64,000 nt of DNA from Bacteroidales bacterium (GCA_019038645.1 JAHOYT010000054.1:4365-68364), one strand, 5' to 3'; shown: positions 1-9,953, numbered from the stretch's first letter. The notes: a model not told the origin generated them from the letters alone. Numbers and translations are program-made.

Positions 1-75
1 GAAAAATACAATAATGAGGGGTCAGATATAAAAATTGTTTTTGAAAATGAGTTCTTAGAAATGTTAAATAGTTAA
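1..75 (+). CDS. 3' end of an unidentified CDS entering from the left edge
   Basis: Frame 1 is open from base 1 (EKYNNEGSDIKIVFENEFLEMLNS) to TAA at 73-75; too short to identify. Confidence 0.45.
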   Translation, partial: EKYNNEGSDIKIVFENEFLEMLNS

Positions 76-114
76 GATCTGAACGAATGAAAGAAACATT
101 TAAATTCCCAGCTA

Positions 115-135
115 GGCGTAGCTTGTAGCTACGTC
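115..135. repeat. REP-like GC-rich hairpin, type A
   Basis: GGCGTAGCT-TGT-AGCTACGTC preceded by CCC; related copy at 1125-1146. Confidence 0.7.
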
Positions 136-172
136 ATAAAAATTAAATTATAATTAACCTAAAATTATTATT

Positions 173-1072
173 ATGAAAAAAATATTAACACTTCTTATTT
201 TCACTATTTTACTACAAACTAGTGTTTTTTCTCAAGTTAAATTTTGGGAACCTGAAAAATTCATTGCTGTAAGAACAAAAGGAATCATTTGTAAATTTGA
301 TGAACCAGTAAAAATTAGTTCGGATATCTCAAACAAATCAGATGAATCTGCAAAAATGCAAAAACCAGATTCAATTGCTGGTATAATACCAGCGTATACT
401 ATCGCAGGTGTATTATTACCTTATGTTATTAAATATGGAAGTTATGCAATCCAAAAAGCAACAAGTAAAGATGAGAAAGATTACACTGCAGTATTCACAT
501 CAATGAATTCAATAAATTTTGCTGATAGTTTAATTAACGAAAATGGTTTAAAGTTTTCAACTCAACTGAAGTATTATCAAAAGAGAGAGTCTGCGATTGA
601 TGTTGCATGTAATTATGAATTTAAACTTCAAAAAGAAAAAAAGTTTTATTCTGTTAGTTTAGAAAATAATAATATGCTTCACAATTCGCCTGTCAAAGTC
701 AAGAAGAAATATGATTTAGTGCTCACTAATTTTGACATTTCTATAAAAGCACTAATAGATGAAATACAAGAAAATGGAAATATAGAATCAAAAATTGTTG
801 ACATCGGAACACAAAAAATTTATTTGATATCTCCTTGTTTTCTGGATTCATCTGTAAAAAATTCTATAGTTAATGAAGCGAAATATAAAATTCCAAATTT
901 AACAAATGATAAAAAGAAAATTGAAATAAAAAATATAATTATTTCATTGAGCATTAATTATTCTAATCCTTATGGATTAACTTCCAGCACTGCAAATCAT
1001 TTTTTCACAGAAAATTCTGAAACAAACGAAGAACTTTTAAATTCAATATTGATAGAAAAAGAAGATGAATAA
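173..1072 (+). CDS. Hypothetical exported protein
   Basis: 299-aa ORF, Sec signal peptide (MKKILTLLIF...VFS-Q), no recognisable family. Confidence 0.75.
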   Translation: MKKILTLLIFTILLQTSVFSQVKFWEPEKFIAVRTKGIICKFDEPVKISSDISNKSDESAKMQKPDSIAGIIPAYTIAGVLLPYVIKYGSYAIQKATSKDEKDYTAVFTSMNSINFADSLINENGLKFSTQLKYYQKRESAIDVACNYEFKLQKEKKFYSVSLENNNMLHNSPVKVKKKYDLVLTNFDISIKALIDEIQENGNIESKIVDIGTQKIYLISPCFLDSSVKNSIVNEAKYKIPNLTNDKKKIEIKNIIISLSINYSNPYGLTSSTANHFFTENSETNEELLNSILIEKEDE

Positions 1073-1124
1073 CGATATTCGAGTTTACACCGAAAAGGTA
1101 ATGAAGCGTGTGGCTCCCTCGTTC

Positions 1125-1146
1125 GGCGTAGCGTCTACGCTACGCT
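1125..1146. repeat. REP-like GC-rich hairpin, type A
   Basis: GGCGTAGCGT-CT-ACGCTACGCT, preceded by CCC. Confidence 0.7.
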
Positions 1147-1181
1147 TAACAAAGAAAGAAATAGTCGAAAAAAAGTTATAC

Positions 1182-1218
1182 CCCCAATTAGCACAAGCGT
1201 CTTTCGTTTGTGCTAATT
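1182..1218. repeat. REP-like hairpin, type B
   Basis: CCCCAATTAGCACAAGCG-TCTTT-CGTTTGTGCTAATT; near-identical direct copy at 2026-2062. Confidence 0.8.
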
Positions 1219-1319
1219 ATCTACAATAAAAACCTGCTGTGCGGCTAATTTTTCAGGATAAAACCAGACATCACCGGATTGAAAAAAACCAGGACAGTGT
1301 AGCCCTTACTTTTTCTTTG

Positions 1320-1913
1320 TTACTTCCCGGAATACTTTTGTTCAAGTTTTCCTGTAAAATAACCGGAAATTAAAACATTACCTTCAACAAAAACACTTTC
1401 CAATGGTTCATCTGTCCCTTCGTGTTTATCTGTAATAACATTTAAAGTTAAGGTGTAGTAATCCCCGCTCTTTGCAACGGTAAAAGTTCCTCCCGTTGGG
1501 GAAAAGAAGTAGTTGGCTGTCCAGGTTTCCTCGTCCCAGCCAGTTACAAGAATCCCATTTCCGAAACATCCTACAGCGCCCGTTTCGTCCAGGTCGAAGG
1601 TATAAACTCCAGGACTAAGCTGGCCTGTAGTTGCAGAATAGAATTCTATTTGCATCATAAAATCTAAATAAGTAGTGTTTTCCATACCACTACTGGTATC
1701 GGCTGCCATTAAAATAATATCGTAGCCATAACCCTGACAAACAGAATATTCTCCATGGAACATTTCTCCGAATACAAGAGTGTATTCAACTCCTTCGATA
1801 GTTACCTTTCCTGTTTCTGTATTTTCCGGTATAGGATCATCATCGTCGTCTGAGCATGCCGTTAAAATAGAGAGGAAAGCAATTAATAAAATAAAAAAGA
1901 ATGGCTTTTTCAT
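1320..1913 (-). CDS. Hypothetical lipoprotein
   Basis: Lipobox LTAC followed by acidic SDDDDD export-signal-like stretch; beta-rich body. Confidence 0.8.
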   Translation of the reverse strand: MKKPFFFILLIAFLSILTACSDDDDDPIPENTETGKVTIEGVEYTLVFGEMFHGEYSVCQGYGYDIILMAADTSSGMENTTYLDFMMQIEFYSATTGQLSPGVYTFDLDETGAVGCFGNGILVTGWDEETWTANYFFSPTGGTFTVAKSGDYYTLTLNVITDKHEGTDEPLESVFVEGNVLISGYFTGKLEQKYSGK

Positions 1914-2025
1914 TGTTGTTGCTTTTTGTTAAACCTATTTATACAAGTTACGATATGAGGAAGGCGAAATCAATTATATTTAAATAAATTTGATTAGCAA
2001 AGCAGAATATTAAAACTCAGACATT

Positions 2026-2062
2026 CCCCAATTAGAGCAAGCGTCTTTCGCTTGTGCTTTTT
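2026..2062. repeat. REP-like hairpin, type B
   Basis: CCCCAATTAGAGCAAGCG-TCTTT-CGCTTGTGCTTTT. Confidence 0.8.
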
Positions 2063-2146
2063 TAGTTATTTAAAAATAATAGATGAGAATTTTGCAAATT
2101 CACATTTATAAAAATGGACAGGATTACGTATATTCGTAAAATTGTA

Positions 2147-2188
2147 AAAGATTAAAGGCAAAAGATAAAGAGCAAAGTGCAAAAAATA
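2147..2188. repeat. Degenerate heptamer tandem repeat
   Basis: AAAGATT AAAGGCA AAAGATA AAGAGCA AAGTGCA AAAAATA. Confidence 0.6.
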
Positions 2189-2210
2189 AAAGTTTAAAAT
2201 CTAATTTAAA

Positions 2211-3593
2211 ATGGAAGAAAATAACACACAAATAAAAAATACGGAAGCTTTTCCGAGAACATTCTGGACAGCAAATGTAACCGAACTAATTGAAAGGGCT
2301 GCTTATTATGCAATGGCGAGTTTCGTGGTGCTTTATCTTGGGCGTCTGGGGCTCGGCGATTATTGGCCAAGTACCTTGAACGGAATCTTATGGTTTCTCG
2401 TGTTTTTCTTACCCATTTTATCGGGAACCATTGCCGATGAAATTGGTTTTAAAAAATCGTTACTTGGAGCCTTTGTTCTTTTGGCCATTGGATATTTTAT
2501 CATGGGATATCCGGTATGGTTTGGAGGAGCAACATTACTGGCTAAAGGTTCAAGCGAAATAACCAGTGGATATGATATTATCATTCCTGTAATTGGTGCC
2601 ATTATACTAATTGGTATTGGTGGATCAGTTATTAAACCATGTATCTCAGGAACAATTCAAAAAACTTCCGGATCAAGAGCAACACTGGGTTTTGGTATAT
2701 TCTATATGATAATCAATGTTGGATCATTATTAGGAAGAGGCATAAGTTATATAGCCAGAAAAGAATTTGATCTGAGCTATATATTTGCAGTATCGGTAGC
2801 TGCCTCCATTTTTGCATTTTTTGTAGTTCTGTTTTTTTATAATGAGCCTGAACAGGAAATAAAAGATAAAACCAAAAAAACAGTTGCAAAAATTCTGTTA
2901 GACATGGTTCTTGTTTTACGTAATCTTAGATTTGCTGTTTTTTTATTGGTGATTAGTGGTTTTTGGTTCGTTTATGCACAAGTATATAATGTTCTCCCTA
3001 AATATCTGGAAATGGTAGTGGAAATTGATCCCGCTGTGGATATTTACACTATGACCAATCCATTTGTTATTGTTTTTTTCCAGTTATTAGTTATAAGACT
3101 ATTCGGTAAGCTTAAACCAATTAAATCAATTATTATTGGCGGGATTATTATTGGACTTTCAATGTTAATCAACCTGGTACCAATACTTTTATATGGTAAT
3201 ATCAGAGAGGGTGTAAACCTTTTTTGGGTAACAATTCCTATAGGTTCACTATTCATTGTTCTTACTGTGGCTTTAATTGCTTTCGGTGAACTTTTTGCAG
3301 CTGCCCGACAATTTGAATTTATTGGAGCACTTGCTCCTAAAGGCAAGGAAGGTCTTTTCCTGGGTTATGCAAACCTTCCTATGGCAATAGGTGCACTAAT
3401 TGGCGGACCTGCAGGCGCTGCTATTCTAAATGAGATAATGTGTAAGAATTCAATCATGCTCGAAAACGGGCTTTTGGAACTTGATCCTTTTTGGAATTCT
3501 TTAGGGTGGATAATTCTTATGGGAATCGGTATCGCCTCTGCATTTTTCATGTGGTTATATAACCGGTGGATTCAAAAAAATCCTTTAAAATAG
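2211..3593 (+). CDS. MFS transporter, POT/peptide-transporter-like
   Basis: About 12 hydrophobic segments, N-terminal ELIERAAYY (ExxER-like) motif, GxxAD in loop 2-3, FYxxINxG motif. Confidence 0.85.
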   Translation: MEENNTQIKNTEAFPRTFWTANVTELIERAAYYAMASFVVLYLGRLGLGDYWPSTLNGILWFLVFFLPILSGTIADEIGFKKSLLGAFVLLAIGYFIMGYPVWFGGATLLAKGSSEITSGYDIIIPVIGAIILIGIGGSVIKPCISGTIQKTSGSRATLGFGIFYMIINVGSLLGRGISYIARKEFDLSYIFAVSVAASIFAFFVVLFFYNEPEQEIKDKTKKTVAKILLDMVLVLRNLRFAVFLLVISGFWFVYAQVYNVLPKYLEMVVEIDPAVDIYTMTNPFVIVFFQLLVIRLFGKLKPIKSIIIGGIIIGLSMLINLVPILLYGNIREGVNLFWVTIPIGSLFIVLTVALIAFGELFAAARQFEFIGALAPKGKEGLFLGYANLPMAIGALIGGPAGAAILNEIMCKNSIMLENGLLELDPFWNSLGWIILMGIGIASAFFMWLYNRWIQKNPLK

Positions 3594-3650
3594 ACGCCGG
3601 ATCAAATGATATATTGTTTAGTGTACTAAATTTGTAATAAATAAAGAATT

Positions 3651-4226
3651 ATGAAAACAAAGCTGGGACCGCAACGAATATTATTTCCATTACCAACAGT
3701 TTTAGTTGTAACAGGCACAATGGAAAATGCAAATATTGCAACCATTGCATGGATAAGCCTGTTGTCGGGCAAACCACCAACGCTTGGAATTTCTGTTGGT
3801 ACGAAAGGAATAACAGGAGAACAAATTCTAAGAAATAAAGAATTTTCTGTAAATATCGCCACGGCCGATATTATGAAAGAAACAGATTTTTGTGGTATAA
3901 CTTCAGGCAGAGATACCGATAAATTTGAAAAAACGGGATTTGTAAAAATGCCGGCCTCGGAAATTAAGGCTCCTATAATAAAGCAATGTCCAATAAACCT
4001 TGAGTGCAAATTAATCGAATCGAAAATTATAGGCACAACTAATCATTTTGTTGGAGAAATACTTGAAACACACATCGATACCGATAAAATTAAAGATATT
4101 AACAATTGGAATTCTATTGATATAGAAGCTTTTAATCCACTTGTATATATTTCGGGAGCAAGAGAATACCGCGAAATAGGAAAGAAAATTGGCGATGCAT
4201 ATAAAATCGGGGAAGAACTTAAATAA
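3651..4226 (+). CDS. Flavin reductase family protein (flavoredoxin-like)
   Basis: FPLPTVLV, PPTLGISV, EFSVNI, CGITSGRDTDKF, PIIKQCPINLEC motifs. Confidence 0.9.
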   Translation: MKTKLGPQRILFPLPTVLVVTGTMENANIATIAWISLLSGKPPTLGISVGTKGITGEQILRNKEFSVNIATADIMKETDFCGITSGRDTDKFEKTGFVKMPASEIKAPIIKQCPINLECKLIESKIIGTTNHFVGEILETHIDTDKIKDINNWNSIDIEAFNPLVYISGAREYREIGKKIGDAYKIGEELK

Positions 4227-4232
4227 AAAATT

Positions 4233-4263
4233 GCCAGGAACTATTTTACCTGGCTTTTCTTTT
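4233..4263. terminator. Probable intrinsic terminator between convergent genes
   Basis: GCCAGG...CCTGGC stem with T-rich tail and upstream A-run. Confidence 0.55.
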
Positions 4264-4302
4264 CAGATTATATAATTTTGATTTCTGACTCTACACTCAC
4301 AA

Positions 4303-5079
4303 CTAATTAAAATAATATCCCACACGGAAAGAAAAACGATCATAAATAAATTCACGTTCATATTTAGTTTCCAGCCACCAGTCATCAAATCGTTCACCCA
4401 TAATTTTCATATGCCTGAAACCGCAGGTTATTACAAAAGCGTTTCTTGAATTTTTGAAATTAGCTTTCAAACCAATCACGGGATTATAAAAATATCCTCT
4501 TTTGTAATTATAATCATCCCATTCCATTTCATTATCATTTCGTTCTAACGGGAATAAAAATCCGCCTTGCATTCCTATAAAAACTTGTGTATTTCCTTTA
4601 TTTAAATTCCATCTGAGATCTCCAAATAAAGGGATTAATTGTATATCCATAAACTCAATACCAAATCCTAAGCCAACAGAAGCTTTTTCATTCAGCTGAA
4701 CACCATTTATCATATTAAAACTTAATGAATACTTCTTATATCCATCTCGTTTTCCGGCCAACATACCAATATCAGAAATATTGAAATAAGATGATGTCAT
4801 ACCAACTTTATTACTGTCTTTACTCTTCTCTTTAAAATTAATTTTAATCTTATCCTCAAAACTAACTTTATGCTTAGCTTTATAAATATCTAATATTTCA
4901 TTCTTATTAATTATTTTTACCTCATCATTTATTTTAACTATTATATCATAATGGTAATAATTTAATATTTCTCCATGAATTAAAGAGCTGTCGTTTAAAA
5001 TGATTAATTGACTTTGTCCGAATAGGTTTATTGCAATAAAAGTGAGGATGATAATTAAGATGAATTTCAATTGTTTCAT
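4303..5079 (-). CDS. Hypothetical outer-membrane beta-barrel protein
   Basis: Signal peptide, alternating beta-strands, C-terminal FSFRVGYYFN barrel signature. Confidence 0.75.
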   Translation of the reverse strand: MKQLKFILIIILTFIAINLFGQSQLIILNDSSLIHGEILNYYHYDIIVKINDEVKIINKNEILDIYKAKHKVSFEDKIKINFKEKSKDSNKVGMTSSYFNISDIGMLAGKRDGYKKYSLSFNMINGVQLNEKASVGLGFGIEFMDIQLIPLFGDLRWNLNKGNTQVFIGMQGGFLFPLERNDNEMEWDDYNYKRGYFYNPVIGLKANFKNSRNAFVITCGFRHMKIMGERFDDWWLETKYEREFIYDRFSFRVGYYFN

Positions 5080-5131
5080 TATTATGGATTATTTAATATT
5101 ATTACTTTATGGTCCAGGGCATATAATTTTA

Positions 5132-5210
5132 TAGATGAGGATAATTATATATAAGTTGCGTTAACAGTTTATTTCCTGATACGCAACCAGAACCGACATT
5201 CTTTCATCTA
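5132..5210. promoter_or_regulatory. Pair of divergent ECF-sigma-type promoters, GCAAC-N17-CATCTA
   Basis: Minus strand 5159-5132 and plus strand 5183-5210 carry identical boxes with identical 17-nt spacing. Confidence 0.65.
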
Positions 5211-5236
5211 AAGAGCATACCATAAATTTATCAGCT

Positions 5237-6529
5237 ATGAAAAATTTTACTGTAATATTATATTTGATTGCATTATCCTTAGTTCTTTTTAGTAGTTGTG
5301 AGGATGAAATTATCGACCGGCGTATATACACTGCTAATGTGCCCATATATATGTCAAATGCCGATTTTAAAGCAGGTCTTAAAATTAAAGAACCACAGGA
5401 TTTAGTAAATCCCGGAAAGATTTATTTTAAGGATAGTTACATTTTTATTAATGAAATGTATAAAGGAATTCATGTTTTTGATAATTCAGATCCTTCTGAT
5501 CCACAAAATATTTCGTTTATAGAATTACCATCAAATTTGGATATTGCAATAGCTGATAATTTTCTGTATGCTGACAGTTATACTGATCTTGTTGTTATAG
5601 ATATATCAGATATTCATAATCCCATAGAAATTTACCGCATCGATAGTGCGTTTCCATACTCTATTCCACCTTATGATACAAACTATCCATTAACCGATAT
5701 TGATGAAAGTAAAGGGGTGGTTATTGGGTTTGAAATTCAGGAAATAACTGAAGAAATTACAGTAACCGAAATGGAATTAAGAGACAGAGGTATTTTCTTT
5801 TTTGATGCTTTAGGATTCACTGAAATGAGCAAATCTAATATTACCAATGGATCAGGAACATCTATTGGAATTGCAGGTTCAATGTCAAAGTTTATGATTT
5901 ATGATCATTATTTATATACTCTGTTTCTCTCACAAATGAAATTATTTGATATTTCAACTTTGAATCAACCTCTTGAATCAAATGATATAAGTATAGCGTG
6001 GGATATTGAAACATTGTTCCGCTATGAGGATAAAATGTTTATTGGAGCACAAACAGGAATGTATATTTACGATTTATCATCTCCTGGAAATCCAACTTAT
6101 ATATCAGAATTCACACATGCTCAAAGTTGTGATCCCGTTGTTGTAGAAGATGATATTGCCTATGTTACACTTCGATCAGGAACTCGTTGTGGTGGTATTT
6201 TAAATCAACTTGATGTATTGGACGTATCGGATGTTACCAATCCTATTCATTTAAAATCGTATTCTTTTTATAATCCTCATGGATTAGGTATTGATAACGG
6301 AACATTATTTATCTGCGATGGCGAATCAGGATTAAAAATATTTGATGCACAAGATCCATTGTCAATCTCCGATAATCAAATTGCTCATTTTGAGAGTATC
6401 AATTCTAAAGATGTTATTCCTTTAGGAGATATTCTGTTAATGATAGGCAATGAAGGTCTTTATCAATATGATTATACTGATCTCAGTAATCTTAAATTGC
6501 TTAGTATAATTCCTGTAACGGAACAATAA
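5237..6529 (+). CDS. LVIVD-repeat lipoprotein (beta-propeller)
   Basis: Lipobox FSSC; repeats such as DLVVIDISD, GMYIYDLSSP, QLDVLDVSDV, SCDPVVV. Confidence 0.85.
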   Translation: MKNFTVILYLIALSLVLFSSCEDEIIDRRIYTANVPIYMSNADFKAGLKIKEPQDLVNPGKIYFKDSYIFINEMYKGIHVFDNSDPSDPQNISFIELPSNLDIAIADNFLYADSYTDLVVIDISDIHNPIEIYRIDSAFPYSIPPYDTNYPLTDIDESKGVVIGFEIQEITEEITVTEMELRDRGIFFFDALGFTEMSKSNITNGSGTSIGIAGSMSKFMIYDHYLYTLFLSQMKLFDISTLNQPLESNDISIAWDIETLFRYEDKMFIGAQTGMYIYDLSSPGNPTYISEFTHAQSCDPVVVEDDIAYVTLRSGTRCGGILNQLDVLDVSDVTNPIHLKSYSFYNPHGLGIDNGTLFICDGESGLKIFDAQDPLSISDNQIAHFESINSKDVIPLGDILLMIGNEGLYQYDYTDLSNLKLLSIIPVTEQ

Positions 6530-6567
6530 CAAACCTAACTAATAAAATAGAAGAAGCTTCCCTGCCG

Positions 6568-6589
6568 GCGCGGACGTTCACGTCCGTGC
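6568..6589. repeat. REP-like hairpin related to types A and B
   Basis: GCGCGGACGT-TC-ACGTCCGTGC preceded by CCC, between convergent genes. Confidence 0.6.
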
Positions 6590-6645
6590 AAAAAACCCTG
6601 AACGGCGTTGTGTATATTTTTTAACAATAAATTTTATCCGGAGAA

Positions 6646-6984
6646 TTATTTTTTAGGTCCGTACCTGTCTGCATCTTCAAAGAAATCCATTAAAAATGTT
6701 TTCTGTTTAAAACAAGCCGAATGCGGTACACCTGCAGGAATAAAATACCTGTCACCGGCTTTATAGGTCGTGGTTTTGCCACCTATAGTAAAGTCCATCT
6801 CACCCGAAAAAACAACTCCCCATTGTGCTCCGTGCGAATGCTCTGCTACTTCACCAATGGCTTCGATCTCAAAAAATACCATCTGATGGTCATTTCCCTG
6901 AAATAGTTTTCCCTTAACTCCTGCAAAAGGTATATCTGCGTCGGGCAAATGCCTGATCATTTCCGGATAGAATACATTTTCCAT
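6646..6984 (-). CDS. Cupin domain protein
   Basis: HSH...QWG and GDRYFIPAGVPH cupin motifs. Confidence 0.9.
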   Translation of the reverse strand: MENVFYPEMIRHLPDADIPFAGVKGKLFQGNDHQMVFFEIEAIGEVAEHSHGAQWGVVFSGEMDFTIGGKTTTYKAGDRYFIPAGVPHSACFKQKTFLMDFFEDADRYGPKK

Positions 6985-7024
6985 AATCCTGATTTTTATT
7001 CGTTGTTTTTATAAATGAAATAAA

Positions 7025-7894
7025 CTAAATCTCTTTTGTTGCTTTATTTTTTTTAAGACCTAAATATATAGCGATACCACCTGTAAAGAACATTAATAAA
7101 CTATATATAGCCGGTGTAATAGCAAATTCGCTATTGCCAAGTAAAACCACTGCAATTGTTATAGCCAGAGTACCGTTTTGAATTCCCGACTCAATGGAAA
7201 TAGATATGGCTCTTTTATTTGTAATTTTAAATAATTTCGCAGAATAATAGCCCACTGCCATAGTGACAACATTTAAAATCAGGGCAACTAATCCGGCTTG
7301 TCTGAAATATGGAATAACATTTTCTTTTTCTTTAATAACAATACCTATTATAATTAATGCTATAACAATCCCTGACGCTTTTCGTACAGGTTTAGCCATT
7401 TTTAATGCGAAACCTTCTTTGTATCGTCTTATTATCATTCCAATACTAACGGGAATAACTATAATTACAAAAATCTGGATTATAGTTTCAACAATATTCA
7501 GCTTAATCATTTGTCCTTCTTCTAAAAAATGAACAAGAGCAAAATTCACAATAAATGGTATTGATAAAATTGTAATAAAACTGCTCATTGCAGTAAGGGA
7601 AACAGATAATGCAACATCTCCCTTTGCCAAATGGCTTATTAAATTTGATGTTGGCCCGCCCGGACAAGCAGCTAAAATCATAATTCCTATAGCAATTTCG
7701 GGCTTTAGCGGAAATAATAATGCAATAGAAAATCCTATTATGGGTAAAATGATTAACTGGTTTGTTAAACCAACCAATATTGCTTTTGGATAAGCAAATA
7801 TCCTCTTAAAATCGTTAGCAACCAACGATAATCCCATTCCTAACATAATAATAATGAGAGAAGAAGCTAAAAAAATTGTAGAAATTCTGTCCAT
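7025..7894 (-). CDS. Bile acid:sodium symporter (SBF/BASS) family transporter
   Basis: MLGMGL, ACPGGPTSN, GDVALSV, SIESGIQN motifs. Confidence 0.93.
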   Translation of the reverse strand: MDRISTIFLASSLIIIMLGMGLSLVANDFKRIFAYPKAILVGLTNQLIILPIIGFSIALLFPLKPEIAIGIMILAACPGGPTSNLISHLAKGDVALSVSLTAMSSFITILSIPFIVNFALVHFLEEGQMIKLNIVETIIQIFVIIVIPVSIGMIIRRYKEGFALKMAKPVRKASGIVIALIIIGIVIKEKENVIPYFRQAGLVALILNVVTMAVGYYSAKLFKITNKRAISISIESGIQNGTLAITIAVVLLGNSEFAITPAIYSLLMFFTGGIAIYLGLKKNKATKEI

Positions 7895-8019
7895 AATGTA
7901 TAATTTAGTTTAAAAGGCAATATACAAGATTAATTTCTTTTATATAGCGAAAATAAAAAAATAACAATATGGATGCAGATGAGATCGTGAATATTAAAAG
8001 GACAAATAAGCGGTATGTA

Positions 8020-9234
8020 TTATTTTCTTTTTCCTTTACCTTTTCCTTTGTAATTCCTTTTTGTGTATTTGCGAACCGGCTTCGGGTTCCAAACAGGACT
8101 TTCTCCAATTTCAGGAGGAACAGGTATTTTAATAATTTCGCGGTCAATTAAGCTTTCAATATGCTTAAATTTTAGCATATCGTCCTCGTTAATCAGGGTA
8201 AGAGCAACACCTGTTGTATTTGCACGCGCGGTTCTTCCAACACGATGCACATAATCTTCAGCATCATGCGGTACATCATAGTTAATAATCAGGTTAATAT
8301 CTTTTATATCGATACCTCTGCTAATAACATCGGTAGCAACTAACACCCGTGTTCTTTTTGAGCGAAAGCGTGAAAGAACTTCTTCGCGTTCCTTTTGTTC
8401 CAGATCAGAAGATATTCCTTCAATAGAATAATCTTTATTTTTCAATCCGCGAACTATTTCAAATACTTTGCTTTTTGTTGATGTAAAAATAAGGATGCTG
8501 TCGTATTCAGATTTATTTTTTATGAGGTATTTAATTAAGGCTGTTTTTTGTTTCTCGAAAACCAAATAGGATGCCTGCAAAACTCCTTCGGCAGGTTTTG
8601 AGAGTTCTATGCTTATTTCTTTTGGATTCTTAAGTATCTGACTGGCCAGAGTGCGTATTTTCGGTGGCATTGTTGCACTAAACATCAATGTTTGTCTTTT
8701 TTTAGGAATATAGGATATGATCTTCTGTATATCTTCATAAAATCCCATATCGAGCATTTTATCAGCTTCATCAAGAATTAGATGCTTAATCTCATCGAAT
8801 TTTACATATCCCATTTTTAAATGAGAAATTAATTTGCCAGGTGTTGCAACAATAATTTCGGCGTTACCCAAAAGGGCTTTTCGCTCAGATTCAAAATCGT
8901 TACCATCTCCGCCACCATAAACAGGACACGAGCTAACCGGTACAAAATAAGAAAAACCCTGAATCTGTTGTTCAATTTGCAATGCCAGTTCACGTGTAGG
9001 AACAATGATTAAAGTATTAATTGATGATCCTTTGGATTCTTCACTCAACTTATTTAAAATAGGTAAAATAAAAGCCGCTGTTTTGCCTGTTCCTGTTTGT
9101 GCACAGGCAATAAGGTCGTTTTGCTTCATTATTTCCGGGATGGCCATTTCCTGCACAGGAGTAGCCTCATCAAAATTCAGGTATGATATTGCCTCCAGAA
9201 GGCTATCATTCAAATTAAACTCAGTAAATTTCAT
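8020..9234 (-). CDS. DEAD-box RNA helicase
   Basis: Q motif, AQTGTGKT, PTRELA, DEAD, SAT, RGID, HRVGRTAR. Confidence 0.96.
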   Translation of the reverse strand: MKFTEFNLNDSLLEAISYLNFDEATPVQEMAIPEIMKQNDLIACAQTGTGKTAAFILPILNKLSEESKGSSINTLIIVPTRELALQIEQQIQGFSYFVPVSSCPVYGGGDGNDFESERKALLGNAEIIVATPGKLISHLKMGYVKFDEIKHLILDEADKMLDMGFYEDIQKIISYIPKKRQTLMFSATMPPKIRTLASQILKNPKEISIELSKPAEGVLQASYLVFEKQKTALIKYLIKNKSEYDSILIFTSTKSKVFEIVRGLKNKDYSIEGISSDLEQKEREEVLSRFRSKRTRVLVATDVISRGIDIKDINLIINYDVPHDAEDYVHRVGRTARANTTGVALTLINEDDMLKFKHIESLIDREIIKIPVPPEIGESPVWNPKPVRKYTKRNYKGKGKGKRK

Positions 9235-9544
9235 TAATTATGCTCTGTATTGTATAAACATGCAAAGATACCGATTTTTTGGGATAAAAGCTGTTAAGGT
9301 GTTCATCATGTCATTTTTATAAAACTTTTTCCACAGAAATTTCAATATTAATGAAAAAGCTACATTGTTTGGTTATCAAGTGAGGTCTTGTTATGGGTAT
9401 TTGTATGCCAGATGAACTGTCTGTAGTTATCAGACAGCTGCAAATAAGGTAACAAAAAGCCGGTTTTAGGTTAAAAATGTGGTCTTTATGCAAAAAAAAT
9501 CAAAAAAAAACAGTAATAAATTTTCGGATAATAATATATATTAC

Positions 9545-9552
9545 TAAATTTG
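9545..9552 (+). promoter_or_regulatory. Bacteroidota primary-sigma -7 box of the cold-shock gene
   Basis: TAAATTTG matches TAnnTTTG, 30 nt upstream of the ATG. Confidence 0.55.
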
Positions 9553-9582
9553 CGCATTAAATAATTTATTAAAAATTGAATA

Positions 9583-9774
9583 ATGAACAAAGGTACAGTA
9601 AAATTTTTCAATGAGTCTAAAGGTTTTGGATTCATAAGTGAAGACGACACAAACAAAGAACATTTCGTACACGTTTCCGGTTTAATTGATGAAATTAACG
9701 AAGGTGACACTGTTGAATTTGAATTAACAGAAGGTAAAAAAGGATTGAACGCAGTAAATGTTAGAGTAATTTAA
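9583..9774 (+). CDS. Cold-shock protein (CspA family)
   Basis: GTVKFFN, KGFGFI (RNP1), FVHVS (RNP2). Confidence 0.96.
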   Translation: MNKGTVKFFNESKGFGFISEDDTNKEHFVHVSGLIDEINEGDTVEFELTEGKKGLNAVNVRVI

Positions 9775-9805
9775 TATTTATTCTTCAACTTTACGATACT
9801 GAAAG

Positions 9806-9833
9806 AGCCTGTCAATATTGACAGGCTTTTTTT
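9806..9833 (+). terminator. Intrinsic terminator of the csp gene
   Basis: AGCCTGTCAA-TA-TTGACAGGCT followed by a T run. Confidence 0.85.
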
Positions 9834-9841
9834 ATTGCCTT

Positions 9842-9953
9842 CACTTCGACATCCTTCGACAAGCCTGACTGCCGTCAGGCAGGCTCAGGATGACATTGCT
9901 CAGTGTGACAGATTGATTATTTGACAGTTGTCATATTGAGCCTGTCGAAATAT
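9842..9953. repeat. Nested palindromic repeat cluster (CTTCGAC..GCTCAG..TGACA family)
   Basis: Outer CACTTCGAC/GCTCAGTGTGACA, middle ATCCTTCGACAA/GCTCAGGATGACA, inner CCTGACTGCCGTCAGGCAG; inverted partner TGTCATATTGAGCCTGTCGAAAT. Confidence 0.75.

Noticed and set aside
105-2062. CRISPR array or true integron
   Set aside because: Repeats are few, of two types and separated by whole genes; there are no cas or intI genes and no clear attC R-box ends.
7905-8254. Short ORFs overlapping the helicase 3' end
   Set aside because: Alternate-frame or antisense shadows of a well-supported gene, with no motifs.
9300-9480. Possible small RNA between the helicase and csp genes (hairpin CTGTCTG...CAGACAG)
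   Set aside because: A single short hairpin with no clear promoter-terminator pair or recognisable family; not supportable.
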